A stretch of DNA of 33,308 bases from Candidatus Limnocylindrales bacterium (GTDB lineage Bacteria; Acidobacteriota; Terriglobia; Acidiferrales; UBA7541). The position numbers and the translations under genes are program-made. The notes under the pieces were generated by a model. It was given only the letters and a program-made list of their open reading frames with translations. It did no database searches and was not told the origin of the DNA. Of this stretch, positions 8,100-17,500 are shown in pieces; the first letter of the stretch is position 1, and each line of letters begins with the position of its first letter. The stretch covers positions 1-33,308 of the forward strand of contig DATLVJ010000201.1 of NCBI GenBank assembly GCA_035577585.1, given 5' to 3'.

Positions 8100-8600
8100 A
8101 TGAGCATTGATCAGGACATTGAGAAAATTCTGCTGCAAGAGAAGCGGCTGCAGTTCAAGCAGTTTGATGCGGAGACGGCCTGGGCGATTGGAACCGCGCT
8201 GAAAGCAGCGGCGGATAAGCGGAAAGTTTCTGTGGCGATTGACATCCAGATGCACGGAATGCCGCTTTTCTGCTGCGCCATGCCAGGGATTACGCCCGAC
8301 AACTGGGACTGGATCCGCCGCAAGCGTAACGTCGTGATGCGCTACCAGCGAAGTTCCTATGCAATCGGGTTGAAGTATGAGCGCGCGAAAACCACCTTGC
8401 ACGCGGCGACCGGGCTGGAGCTGAAGGATTTTGCTCCGCATGGCGGCTGCTTCCCAATTCTGCTGGCCGGGACAGGTTGTGTGGGAACTATCGCGGTTTC
8501 CGGGTTGCCGCAGAGGGAGGATCACGCGCTGGTCGTTGAGGTTCTGCAGAACTATTTGCAGCTGGAGAAAGAGGATTTGGGGTTGGCTCCCGGCGCGTAA
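8100..8600 (+). CDS. GlcG/HbpS-like heme-binding/heme-degrading domain protein (UPF0303-like)
   Basis: DNWDWIRRKRNVV, HGGCFPI, GTIAVSGLPQREDH. Extended -10 TGcTATGAT at 8035-8043. Confidence 0.85.
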   Translation: MSIDQDIEKILLQEKRLQFKQFDAETAWAIGTALKAAADKRKVSVAIDIQMHGMPLFCCAMPGITPDNWDWIRRKRNVVMRYQRSSYAIGLKYERAKTTLHAATGLELKDFAPHGGCFPILLAGTGCVGTIAVSGLPQREDHALVVEVLQNYLQLEKEDLGLAPGA

Positions 8601-8674
8601 GGTTTCAGCGCGCCCGAGTTAAGCAGCAACGAGTAGTTCTGGTTAAGGAAACGGCCCGCCACACAAGGCCTCCC

Positions 8675-9940
8675 CTACAAAGTTTCTGATTCGGGGTACG
8701 GGTTGCTGCTTGGAGCCTCAATCCCGGTGGAAGCCTCGGAGCGGGGCTGGCGCATTGCATGGCCGTTGCCGCCGATGGCGTTTTCGGGACGCGGGGCAGG
8801 GGACGCGGACGCAGTTGCGGCGGCAGCCCGGACGGAACCGGAGTCGGCTCGTTCGTCCAGGCGGCCAAAGATCATTTTGCCGGCTGGCGTCTGGTGGACG
8901 GACGTGACCACGATCTCCACCGTGCGGTTTATCAGCCGTCGCGCCCCATCCACAACCACCATTGTGCCGTCATCCAGATACGCTACTCCCTGGGTCGGTT
9001 CCTTCCCTTCCCGCAAAATCAATACGCGCATCGATTCCCCGGGAAGCACGGCGGGCTTCAGCGCATTGGCAAGCTCGTTTATATTCAGCACCGGGATATT
9101 CTGGACGCGCGCAACTTTGTTCAGATTGTAATCGTTGGTCACAATCTTGGAGCCGGTCCGGCGCGCCAGTTCCACCAGTTTCTGATCCACGCCCGACGTG
9201 CCGGACACCTCGTCATCGAGCACGCGAATTTCTAGCCCGGGCATTTTTTGCATGCGCTGCAGAACTTCCAGGCCGCGGCGCCCGCGCTGCCGCTTCAGGG
9301 CATCGGAAGAATCGGCCACCATCTGCAGTTCATGCAGAACGAATCGAGGCAGCCCCAGCGATCCGTCCAGAAAATGTGTCTCGCAAATATCGGCGATCCG
9401 GCCGTCAATCAGGACGCTGGTATCGACAAGCTTCATCAACGAAACAGGAGCACCCGGCGAGGCTACGCTCGCCTGCTCCGGAAACGGCAAGGGACGCATT
9501 TCCCGCCCTCGGCGGGTTCCAATCACAAGACCTAGATAACCGAGGGAAAGCAACGAAGCGAATTCGATAAAGGATTTGGCGGTTTCGGATTCCGAAGTGC
9601 GGGAAACAACGAGGGTAATCAGGAGCGAAACGAGCAGGCCGAGCACCACCCCGATCGAGCCTCCCACAAGCCCGCTGATCTCCGCGTGACGTAGTCTGAG
9701 CTCAGCCAGCAGCACCACCATCGCGATGAAGAATCCGAAGCCTGCCGCGGGAAGCCCGTGAACATTGAAGGGACGCAGGGCGAGGCAGAGCCCGATCGAG
9801 CTGCCGAACAGTGCAAGGCGAATCGCCCAGAAATCCCACTCCCGGCCAAGCGCCTCGCCCAGGTTTGGGCTTGCAGCGGACGGAGCGAGCGAAGATTCAG
9901 AAAGCGGACTGCCGGCTGGTTGGGACCCTGGACCGTTCAT
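8675..9940 (-). CDS. membrane PIN/TRAM domain protein (YacL-like)
   Basis: N-terminal TM helices, VDTSVLIDGRI, RGRRGLEVL, TNDYNLNKVA, GVAYLDDGTMVVV. GAGGT SD before ATG 9940. Confidence 0.92.
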   Translation of the reverse strand: MNGPGSQPAGSPLSESSLAPSAASPNLGEALGREWDFWAIRLALFGSSIGLCLALRPFNVHGLPAAGFGFFIAMVVLLAELRLRHAEISGLVGGSIGVVLGLLVSLLITLVVSRTSESETAKSFIEFASLLSLGYLGLVIGTRRGREMRPLPFPEQASVASPGAPVSLMKLVDTSVLIDGRIADICETHFLDGSLGLPRFVLHELQMVADSSDALKRQRGRRGLEVLQRMQKMPGLEIRVLDDEVSGTSGVDQKLVELARRTGSKIVTNDYNLNKVARVQNIPVLNINELANALKPAVLPGESMRVLILREGKEPTQGVAYLDDGTMVVVDGARRLINRTVEIVVTSVHQTPAGKMIFGRLDERADSGSVRAAAATASASPAPRPENAIGGNGHAMRQPRSEASTGIEAPSSNPYPESETL

Positions 9941-10045
9941 ATGACCTCGACGTACCGCGTACGATGAACCGCTCCGTGGAGCTTGGAGCAAAGAAGGCAT
10001 CCAGAGGACAGGGCCCTTCCTGCCGGAGCAGGTTACGTGATGGAC

Positions 10046-10074
10046 TGTATACTCTTGAATTAGCGTTACGTCAA
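10046..10074 (-). promoter_or_regulatory. putative sigma70 promoter for the PIN/TRAM gene
   Basis: TTGACG-17 nt-TATACA. Confidence 0.5.
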
Positions 10075-10103
10075 GTCAGACCAACCGTGGCCGGAACGGG
10101 AGT

Positions 10104-11315
10104 TTAAGGAAGATAGAAACGCGGCACGCGCTGGCTGACCCCGCTGATCAGGTCGGAGGTCACCGTGCCGATGCTGCGGGCAACCACATTGGCTGGATAC
10201 GTGTATTCGCCATCCGTGCCATAGAGCGTGGCGACGTCGCCCACCGCCGCGTCGGGAACGTCGGTCACGTCGAGCATGACCACGTCCATCGAGACGATGC
10301 CGATCATCGGGGCGGCGTGTCCGCGGATGTAGAGAACCCCGCGATTGCCGAGCGAACGGTGGACTCCATCCGCATAACCCGCGGAGAGAACCGCGATTCG
10401 CGAAGGGCGCTGGGCGATCCAGGTGGCGTCGTAGCCGACGGCTTCGCCGGCCGCGATGGAGCGGACACTCATCAGGCGCGCGCGGAGGCTCATCACCGGA
10501 CGTAAAGGCAATTTTGTTTCGAATTCTTTGCGGCGCTCCGGCGGATCAAAGCCCGGATGGTAGCCATAGAGAATTGCCCCCGGGCGCACCATGTCCGCCC
10601 AGGATTCGGGACGCGCGGCGATCGCGGCACTGTTCGCGATGTGGAGAATGCCGGTGTCGGCGCCGAGTTTGCGCAGCCGCTCGACGGTGGAATAAAAGCG
10701 ATCGAGTTGCTGCTGCGTCTGGCGGCCGAGTTCCGTGTCCGTCAAAACTTCGGAAGAGGCGAGATGTGTGAAGGTGCCGGCCAGATTCACGTGCTTGCAT
10801 TTCGCGAGCTGGCGCGCAAAGCAGTCGGCGTCTTTCGGCAAGATGCCGAGGCGGTTCATGCCGGTATCAACCTTTAGCTGCACGGCGACATTTTTTTTGC
10901 GAAGTTTTGCGGCCGCGGCTTCGAAGGCGAGAAGCTGTTCGCAGCGGTGAATCGCCGGCGTCAATTTGTGCTGGAGAAGATTTTTTTCCTCGCCGGGCCA
11001 GAAACCGCCCAGCACGAGGATGGGAGTGCGAACGCCGGCCTTGCGGATTTCGATGCCTTCGCCGGCGGAGGCTACGCCGAACCAGTCCGCCCCGGCCCTT
11101 TCGAGAGCTTTGGCGACGGGCGCGCCGCCATGGCCGTAAGCATTGCCTTTGACGATGCAGAGAACCTTTCGCGGCGTCTTGCGCTTTTCACCGGCCGGAT
11201 TCACGTAGTCGCGGATGGCGCGAAGATTTCCGGTGAGCGCGGAGAGAGAGACTTCCCCCCAGACGGGACGGCCGATGAAATCCGCGGGACTCTGATTTTT
11301 GTTTCTGCGGGACAT
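10104..11315 (-). CDS. alr: alanine racemase
   Basis: PLP-Lys motif IVKGNAYGHG, KVDTGMNRLG, HIANSAA, MVRPG, GYADG. TACACT -10 at 11334-11339 supports ATG 11315. Confidence 0.95.
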   Translation of the reverse strand: MSRRNKNQSPADFIGRPVWGEVSLSALTGNLRAIRDYVNPAGEKRKTPRKVLCIVKGNAYGHGGAPVAKALERAGADWFGVASAGEGIEIRKAGVRTPILVLGGFWPGEEKNLLQHKLTPAIHRCEQLLAFEAAAAKLRKKNVAVQLKVDTGMNRLGILPKDADCFARQLAKCKHVNLAGTFTHLASSEVLTDTELGRQTQQQLDRFYSTVERLRKLGADTGILHIANSAAIAARPESWADMVRPGAILYGYHPGFDPPERRKEFETKLPLRPVMSLRARLMSVRSIAAGEAVGYDATWIAQRPSRIAVLSAGYADGVHRSLGNRGVLYIRGHAAPMIGIVSMDVVMLDVTDVPDAAVGDVATLYGTDGEYTYPANVVARSIGTVTSDLISGVSQRVPRFYLP

Positions 11316-11626
11316 GAAAATTCCTGAATAACTAGTGTAAGGCATTCCAGCGCAAGGGCGAAAAGCCGGGATGAGGCGCCGCTAGCGAGAATGACAACAC
11401 CCGGATGGAGTGCAATCCCGATGCCATTTGGCGATTGGCGCGTGATTTCAGGAAACCAAACAAAGCCATACTCAGCAATGAGATACAAGTGGAATCGAAA
11501 GGCTCAATCCTGTGGCGAGCTGGATAGCTGTGGGCGTTCGGACGCAGTGTGTCAAGCGTGGAATCAATCCAAATTCGAGACAGAATCGATTGGCAGACCG
11601 AAAGGGTCTGAAGAAACCGAAACTGG

Positions 11627-12088
11627 TTAAAACATCTTGCGATAAACGACGAACCCAGAGCGCTCGGCAACCTTGTCATAGAGTTGCATCGCCGCATGGT
11701 TGGTTTCGTGTGTCAGCCAATAAACGCGACCCGATCCGGCCAGTTTAGCTTGCTCGTAGACTCCGTGGATGAGGGCCCGGCCAACCCCTTTTCCACGGGA
11801 GGATTCGATGGTGAAAAGATCCTGCAAGTAACAGACAGGCGCGATGGAGATCGTGCTGCGATGGAAGATGTAATGGGTGAGGCCGAGGAGCTGGCCGCCG
11901 CTTTCCGCGACGAGAGCGTACATCGGTTCATAAGCGTCGAAAAAACGCGACCAGGTCATCCGCGTGATTTCTGGAGCGAGGGCCGTCGGGCCGGAGCGGC
12001 CGTAGAACGCGTTGTAGCCTTCCCACAAGGGCAGCCACTGGTCGTAGTCTTTTGGAACGATCGAGCGGACGGTCAAGTGAGTGGGCAA
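11627..12088 (-). CDS. GNAT family N-acetyltransferase (Hpa2/Hpa3-like)
   Basis: YLQDLF...RGKGVGRALI, RVYWLTHETN, LYDKVA. AAGGAG SD before TTG. Confidence 0.9.
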   Translation of the reverse strand: MPTHLTVRSIVPKDYDQWLPLWEGYNAFYGRSGPTALAPEITRMTWSRFFDAYEPMYALVAESGGQLLGLTHYIFHRSTISIAPVCYLQDLFTIESSRGKGVGRALIHGVYEQAKLAGSGRVYWLTHETNHAAMQLYDKVAERSGFVVYRKMF

Positions 12089-12143
12089 TGAGGGGCTCCT
12101 TACAATAATTGCGGCGCGGACAATTTGTTTCGGCGGAATGTTG

Positions 12144-12165
12144 GGCGGACTAAAGTCCGCCGCTC
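12144..12165 (-). repeat. degenerate REP hairpin downstream of dnaB
   Basis: GAGCGGCGGAC-TTTA-GTCCGCC, same geometry as the other REP copies. Confidence 0.55.
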
Positions 12166-12196
12166 TTCCTTCGTCAGGGCAAGCAGAAGCCTGTCG

Positions 12197-13567
12197 TTAG
12201 TGCTCATCTCCGCCGGAGAATTGGGAGAAGGCGTCGGGGGCGGCTTCTTCGAAGCGCGTGAGGCGGCTGCGAAAGACGAATTTCAGTTTGTCGGTCGGAC
12301 CGTTACGCTGCTTGGCGATAATGATATCCGCCATGTCACGCTCTTCCGGAGAGAGATCCATTTTGCCCCAGTTGGGGCGGTAGATGAACATCACCACGTC
12401 GGCGTCCTGTTCGATGGCGCCGGATTCGCGCAGGTCAGAGAGCTGCGGGCCGCGCTCTTCGCGTTCCGGTGCGCGAGTAAGCTGGCTGAGGACGAGGACG
12501 GGGATCTGCAATTCCTTGGCGAGGCCCTTGAGGCCGCGGGAGATGCTCGCAACTTCTTCCTGGCGGGAGCTGAAACGTCCGCGCGCGGTGATGAGCTGGA
12601 GATAGTCCACGATCAGGAGCGACAGCCCCTTGTCGCGCTTCAGCCGCCGAGCCTTGGCGCCGATTTCGAGCACGCTGTTGGAACCGGCATCATCGACCCA
12701 CAGCGGCGCGGAGGAGATGGAGCCGAGGGATTCCGTCATCCGGCGCCAGTCTTCGCGGCTGAGGTGGCCCGAGCGGAATTTGTGCGCATCCACCTGCGCG
12801 ACGGAGGCCACCATGCGTTGCAGCAGCGATTCCTTGGACATTTCGAGGCTGAAAAGCGCGACCGGCAGGCCGCCCCGGATGGAGATATTTTCCGCAAGGT
12901 TGAGGGCGAGCGCTGTTTTTCCCTGCGACGGGCGCGCTGCGAGAATGATGAGTTCCGAGGGCTGCAGGCCGGAAAGAAGCTTGTCGAGTTCGCCGTAGCC
13001 GGTGGAGATGCCGGTTACGCTCTTCCCTTCGCGAAAGATTTTTTCCAGGCGCTCAAAATTGTCTCGAACGATGTCCTTCACGGGGATGAGTCCGGCTTTG
13101 ATCCGGTCTTCGGCGATGGCGAATATGCTGGACTCGGCATTGTCGAGAATCGCGTCGGCGCCGTCTTCCCCCTCGAACGCGCGCTGCTGGATATTGTGCG
13201 TCGCGTGGATCAAGTTCCGCAGCATCGCCTTTTCCTTCACGATGCGCGCGTAGTGCTCGATGTTGGAGACGCGGGGCATGCCGTCGACAAGAGACGCGAG
13301 ATACGGCGCGCCGCCGGAGGCATCCAGTTCACTGCGGCGGTGGAGCTCTTCGGTGAGCGTGACCAGATCGATCGCCTGCTGGGCTTCGCCAAGCGCGATC
13401 ATGCGGGTAAAAATATTGCGGTGCTGCGGGATGAAAAAATCGTCGGGCTTCAGCGACTCCACCGCCGCGTTCAGGGCGTGGTTGTCCAAAAGAATGGCGC
13501 CGAGAATGGAACGCTCCGCGTCGAGGTTGCTCGGCAGCGCGCGTTCGAGAGCGGGTTCTGCAGACAT
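12197..13567 (-). CDS. dnaB: replicative DNA helicase DnaB (no intein)
   Basis: AERSILGAILLD, Walker A AARPSQGKT, IVDYLQL, LSQLTR, LSDLRESGAIEQDAD, KQRNGPT. Start at MSAEP, downstream of a promoter. Confidence 0.97.
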   Translation of the reverse strand: MSAEPALERALPSNLDAERSILGAILLDNHALNAAVESLKPDDFFIPQHRNIFTRMIALGEAQQAIDLVTLTEELHRRSELDASGGAPYLASLVDGMPRVSNIEHYARIVKEKAMLRNLIHATHNIQQRAFEGEDGADAILDNAESSIFAIAEDRIKAGLIPVKDIVRDNFERLEKIFREGKSVTGISTGYGELDKLLSGLQPSELIILAARPSQGKTALALNLAENISIRGGLPVALFSLEMSKESLLQRMVASVAQVDAHKFRSGHLSREDWRRMTESLGSISSAPLWVDDAGSNSVLEIGAKARRLKRDKGLSLLIVDYLQLITARGRFSSRQEEVASISRGLKGLAKELQIPVLVLSQLTRAPEREERGPQLSDLRESGAIEQDADVVMFIYRPNWGKMDLSPEERDMADIIIAKQRNGPTDKLKFVFRSRLTRFEEAAPDAFSQFSGGDEH

Positions 13568-13604
13568 GGCGAAAAGAGGAACCTTTCTTCGCTTTTGTTT
13601 CGCT

Positions 13605-13634
13605 AGTATAGAAAAGTGCGGCGCGAAAAAGCAA
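13605..13634 (-). promoter_or_regulatory. putative sigma70 promoter of dnaB
   Basis: TTGCTT-18 nt-TATACT, 37 nt upstream of ATG 13567. Confidence 0.55.
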
Positions 13635-13830
13635 GCACTGAAATTTCTTCCGGAGAATCTTCGCCCGGAGCCGAAGTTCTTCACGGATTGTGCGGGGAGA
13701 ATCCGCGCGCGTCAATTGGAGTGGGTGTGGATTGCGAAGGAAAACCGGTGGGAAAGTTTCCCAGACGAGCGCGTGCCTGCCCTTCGCCCTTCAGCGGTGC
13801 GCAAAGAATTGTGAATCGGCAGGCGCTCGG

Positions 13831-14502
13831 CTAGAAATGCACATACAATCCCGCGGAAATGCGCAGGTTGTTCTGATGCTGATTCCCGCCGTTGTCAAAC
13901 CGGGTATAAAAATAGTCCGCCTGAATCGCCCGGATGGAAAACATTCTGGACAATTTGAAGTCCACGCCGCCACCCGCGGAAAGGGCGAAAACATTCGCGG
14001 TGCTGGAAAGGCCGGTGGCAGGCGAAGGAGTGAGCAAGCCGCTGCCATGCGCTCCGCCGAACAGCGCCTGCACAAATGGCGCGATGCGATGGCTTTCACG
14101 GAAGCTGACACGCGGGCCGGCCAGGTAGGAGACAAGCGTCAAGCTGGCCGTAGTGCCATTAATGTTGGAAGCGTGCTGCACGGCTCCCTGCGCCACCACG
14201 GAAAGGTGGTCGGTAAAGTACCAGCCGACCCACGCGTCGCCGCCTTGCATCGAAAAGCACCCGCACTGCCCGGGCGGCGCGTTGGTGTGCACAAAATTGT
14301 AGTCCACGCCAACCTCGATCCGCCCGCCCTCCTGCGCGCCGAGTTGAGACGGAAAAAGGCAAAATAGAGAACCGAAAACCAGAGCAAGCAGGCATGTCTT
14401 GGCGATCTGCATCGAAGTCAATTCCCATCCTGTGAGTGAAGTCTTCGTGGCTTCCCGATCCGCGGTGATTGCTGGTGTGGGGTTGGCGGCTGGCGTTTTC
14501 AT
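13831..14502 (-). CDS. small outer-membrane beta-barrel protein (OmpA/Ail-like fold)
   Basis: Alternating beta-strand pattern (IEVGVDYNF, YLAGPRVSF, GGGVDFKL), C-terminal LRISAGLYVHF, signal peptide from M at 14412. ATG 14502 overlaps the upstream stop (ATGA); the true start is uncertain. Confidence 0.85.
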   Translation of the reverse strand: MKTPAANPTPAITADREATKTSLTGWELTSMQIAKTCLLALVFGSLFCLFPSQLGAQEGGRIEVGVDYNFVHTNAPPGQCGCFSMQGGDAWVGWYFTDHLSVVAQGAVQHASNINGTTASLTLVSYLAGPRVSFRESHRIAPFVQALFGGAHGSGLLTPSPATGLSSTANVFALSAGGGVDFKLSRMFSIRAIQADYFYTRFDNGGNQHQNNLRISAGLYVHF

Positions 14503-17500
14503 CGCACCACCACCGCGACCGTCGTGGAGTTCACCGTCGTGCCGCTGGTGCCGGTGATGGTGACCATGAACGCTCCAGGAGGAGTGCTGGGCGGCCGCAG
14601 GAACCCGCCGGCGCAGCCCGCGAGCGTGGAACCAAGCAGCGTGACCAGCATGAATGTGGCGGCGAGCCGCAGCGACTTGCGCAGATGTTTGCGGCGGATG
14701 AACAGGAGCAACCCGGCAACGAACGCAAACGCCGGGACAGCCCCGCCAGTTTCTGAACCAGGCTTGAAGGAGTTAGCCGCAAGCGGCGCCAGTTGAATCG
14801 TCAGAACCGTTGTCGCACCAACGGCGCCCGGCGTGACCGCGGGTGGAACAAATGTGCCGGTAGCTCCCGGGGGCAGGCCTGTGGCGGTCATTGCGACTAC
14901 GTTGTTGAAGGCCCCACCGAGAGGCGGAACATTGATCGTGATCGGCACGGACCCGCCTTCCACAACCACGAAAGAGGTGACGGGTGCATTCACGGCAAAG
15001 GTGGTGTTGACGGTGAGGGCCAAACCGGCCGAGGTAGACGGACCAAAGCTGACGTTGCCTGAATAAACGGCAGTAAGGGTGAGGCTTCCGGCAGGCAGCG
15101 TGGTAATGGCCAGAGTGGCGACACCGGAGGCGTTGACATTGCCCGTGCCGATATTTGTGGCGCCGTTGAAGAAGTTCACGGTGCCGAGCGCGGCTCCCGA
15201 GGGAACTGGAGCGATCATGGCGGTAAGAGTGATACTTTGTCCGAAGGTTCCGGGGCTCGGCGCAGCTGCCAGCGTGGTGGTTGTCGGCGCGACGTTAACC
15301 GTAAGGCTAAGCGCCGACGAAGTGGAAGTGCCGAAGGCGGCGTTGCCGGAATAAACGGCGGTGAGACTCAAGGTGCCGACGGGCAGCGTGGTACTGCTGA
15401 ACGTGGCGACTCCGGACGCGTTGACGTTGCTTGTGCCGACCATGGTGGCGCCATTGAAGAAATTCACGGTGCCGATGGGTGCGCCGATCGGAGTGGGCGT
15501 GACCGTCGCGGTCATGGTGACGGACTGCCCGAACGTGGACGGATTGGGAGCGGCAATAAGCGCGGTCGTGGTGGCAGTGATGACGACCAGGCTTTGCGCC
15601 GGTGATGTGGAGGTCGCGAAGTTAATATTGCCGGAATACGTAGCAGTCAGGCTCAGCGTGCCTTGCGGCAGCGCCGCGGTGCTAAGCGTGGCGACGCCAT
15701 TGCCGTTAACGTTGGACGTGCCGATGTTGGTGGCGCCATTGAAGAAGTCCACGGTTCCGAGCGGTGTGCCGGTGGGCGTCGGAGTAATGGTCGCAGTAAG
15801 TGTGACCGTCTGGCCGGCGATGACTGGATTCGGGGCGACCCCAAGCGCGGTGGTGGTGGCGGCCTTGTTGACCGTGAAGCTGACGGCGGCTGACGTGGAA
15901 GTGGCGAAGTTAGCGTTGCCCGAGTATACGGCGGTCAGGCTGAGTACGCCGACAGGAAGCGCCGCCGTCGAAAGCGTTGCGACGCCGGAGGCGCTGACGT
16001 TCCCGCTCCCAATGTTGGTCGCACCGTTAAAGAAGTTGACGGTGCCAAGCAAAGCGCCGGTCGGAATCGGCGTGATGGTCGCCGTAAGGGTTACCGAGGC
16101 TCCAAAAGTGGAGGGACTGGCCGAAGTGGTCAGCACAGTGGTGGAAGTCGCCGGGTTAACCGTGAAGCTGACCGGAGCGGATGTGGAAGCGTTGAAGTTG
16201 GTGTCGCCGGAATACACGGCGGTGAGATTTTGCGTGCCGCTTGGCAAGGCGGTAGTCATCAAGGCCGCTGTGCCGCCGCTGACCGCAACCGGAGAACCAA
16301 TCACAGTGCTGCCGGTTTTAAAGGTGACAGTTCCGTTGGGCGAGCCGCTAAATTGCGGGCTGATCGTGGCGGTCAGCGTAATCGATTGGCCGAACGTGGA
16401 GGGACTCGCCGAGGTGGCCAGCACAATGGTGGTGTTGGCTTTACTGACCACTTGCGGAGTACCGGTAAGCGTGCCCGTGCTGCCGTTGTAACTGGCGTTG
16501 CCGCCGAAGGTCGCGGTGATGGGGTGGTTGCCGACAGCCAGCGTGGAAATACTGAAGGTGGCCGGGCCGTCGCCGAGCGCTCCGCTGCCGATCATCGTCC
16601 CATTGTCGAAGAAAGTGACGGTTCCCGACGAGGGACCGCCGCCACCTGGAGCAACGACGGAAACGTTGGCGCTAAACGTAATGAGTTGTCCGAAAACGGA
16701 CGGATTCACGGAGGAGGTCAGGGAGAGAGTCGTGTTCGCAGGGTTCACTACTTGCGGATTGCCGGTGAGTGAACCATTGCTGCTGTTGAAACTGTTGTCG
16801 CCGCTGTAGCTCGTAGTGATGGTTTGGCTGCCAACCGGCACGTTCGGAGTGATCAAAATGGCAACCCCTGCGCTTAATGTGCCGGTACCGACGGAGCTGC
16901 CATTGACCAGAAAGGTTACCAGGCCGCTGGGTATTCCCGCTCCGGGAGCTAATGCGGAAACGGTCGCGGTAAAGGTGACTCCCTGGCCGGACACGGAAGG
17001 GTTCAGAGAGGAAGTGACGGAGGTAGAAGTGTTGGCCTTGGCGACAGTGTACGGAGTGAGAGCCGAGGTCGAAGCGGCCGAATCGGCGTTGCCTGAATAA
17101 ACGGCGGTGAGACTGTAGCTGGCAACGGCCAGCGTGCTGGTTGTGAACGTCGCGGTGCCGGTGGCATCGACATTGGCGGTGTTGAGCGTGACGGGGCCGC
17201 CAACCGGATTGTTGACGAAACTGACTGTGCCAAACGCAGGGCCGCTGCCAGGCGGTGGGGCAACGGTGGCAGTGAAGGTCACGGACTGCCCGAAGACGGA
17301 GGAATTAGCGGGGTTGGCGGTCAAGGTGGTGGCTGTGGTGGTGAGGACTACGAGCGGTACAGTCGTCGACTGGCTCGGGATACGGGCCGTGTCTGCGGCA
17401 TAACTGGCGAGCACGTTGTGTGTGCCGGGAGCCGGAGTAACGTTTGCATTCACGCTTTCGCTGCGCGCGATGACGAAGATGCTGGCCCCCTGTGCGCCGC

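Noticed and set aside
12197-13567. Intein in dnaB
   Set aside because: Length is 456 aa and motifs are contiguous.
12125-13606. Long antisense ORFs (also 197-1534, 15361-16491, 21474-22682, 25914-26795, 29276-30718)
   Set aside because: Shadow frames opposite well-conserved genes in GC-rich DNA, with no recognisable motifs.
13726-13818. DnaA boxes or an origin upstream of dnaB
   Set aside because: Only two degenerate matches (TGTGGATTG, TGTGAATCG) and no AT-rich unwinding element.
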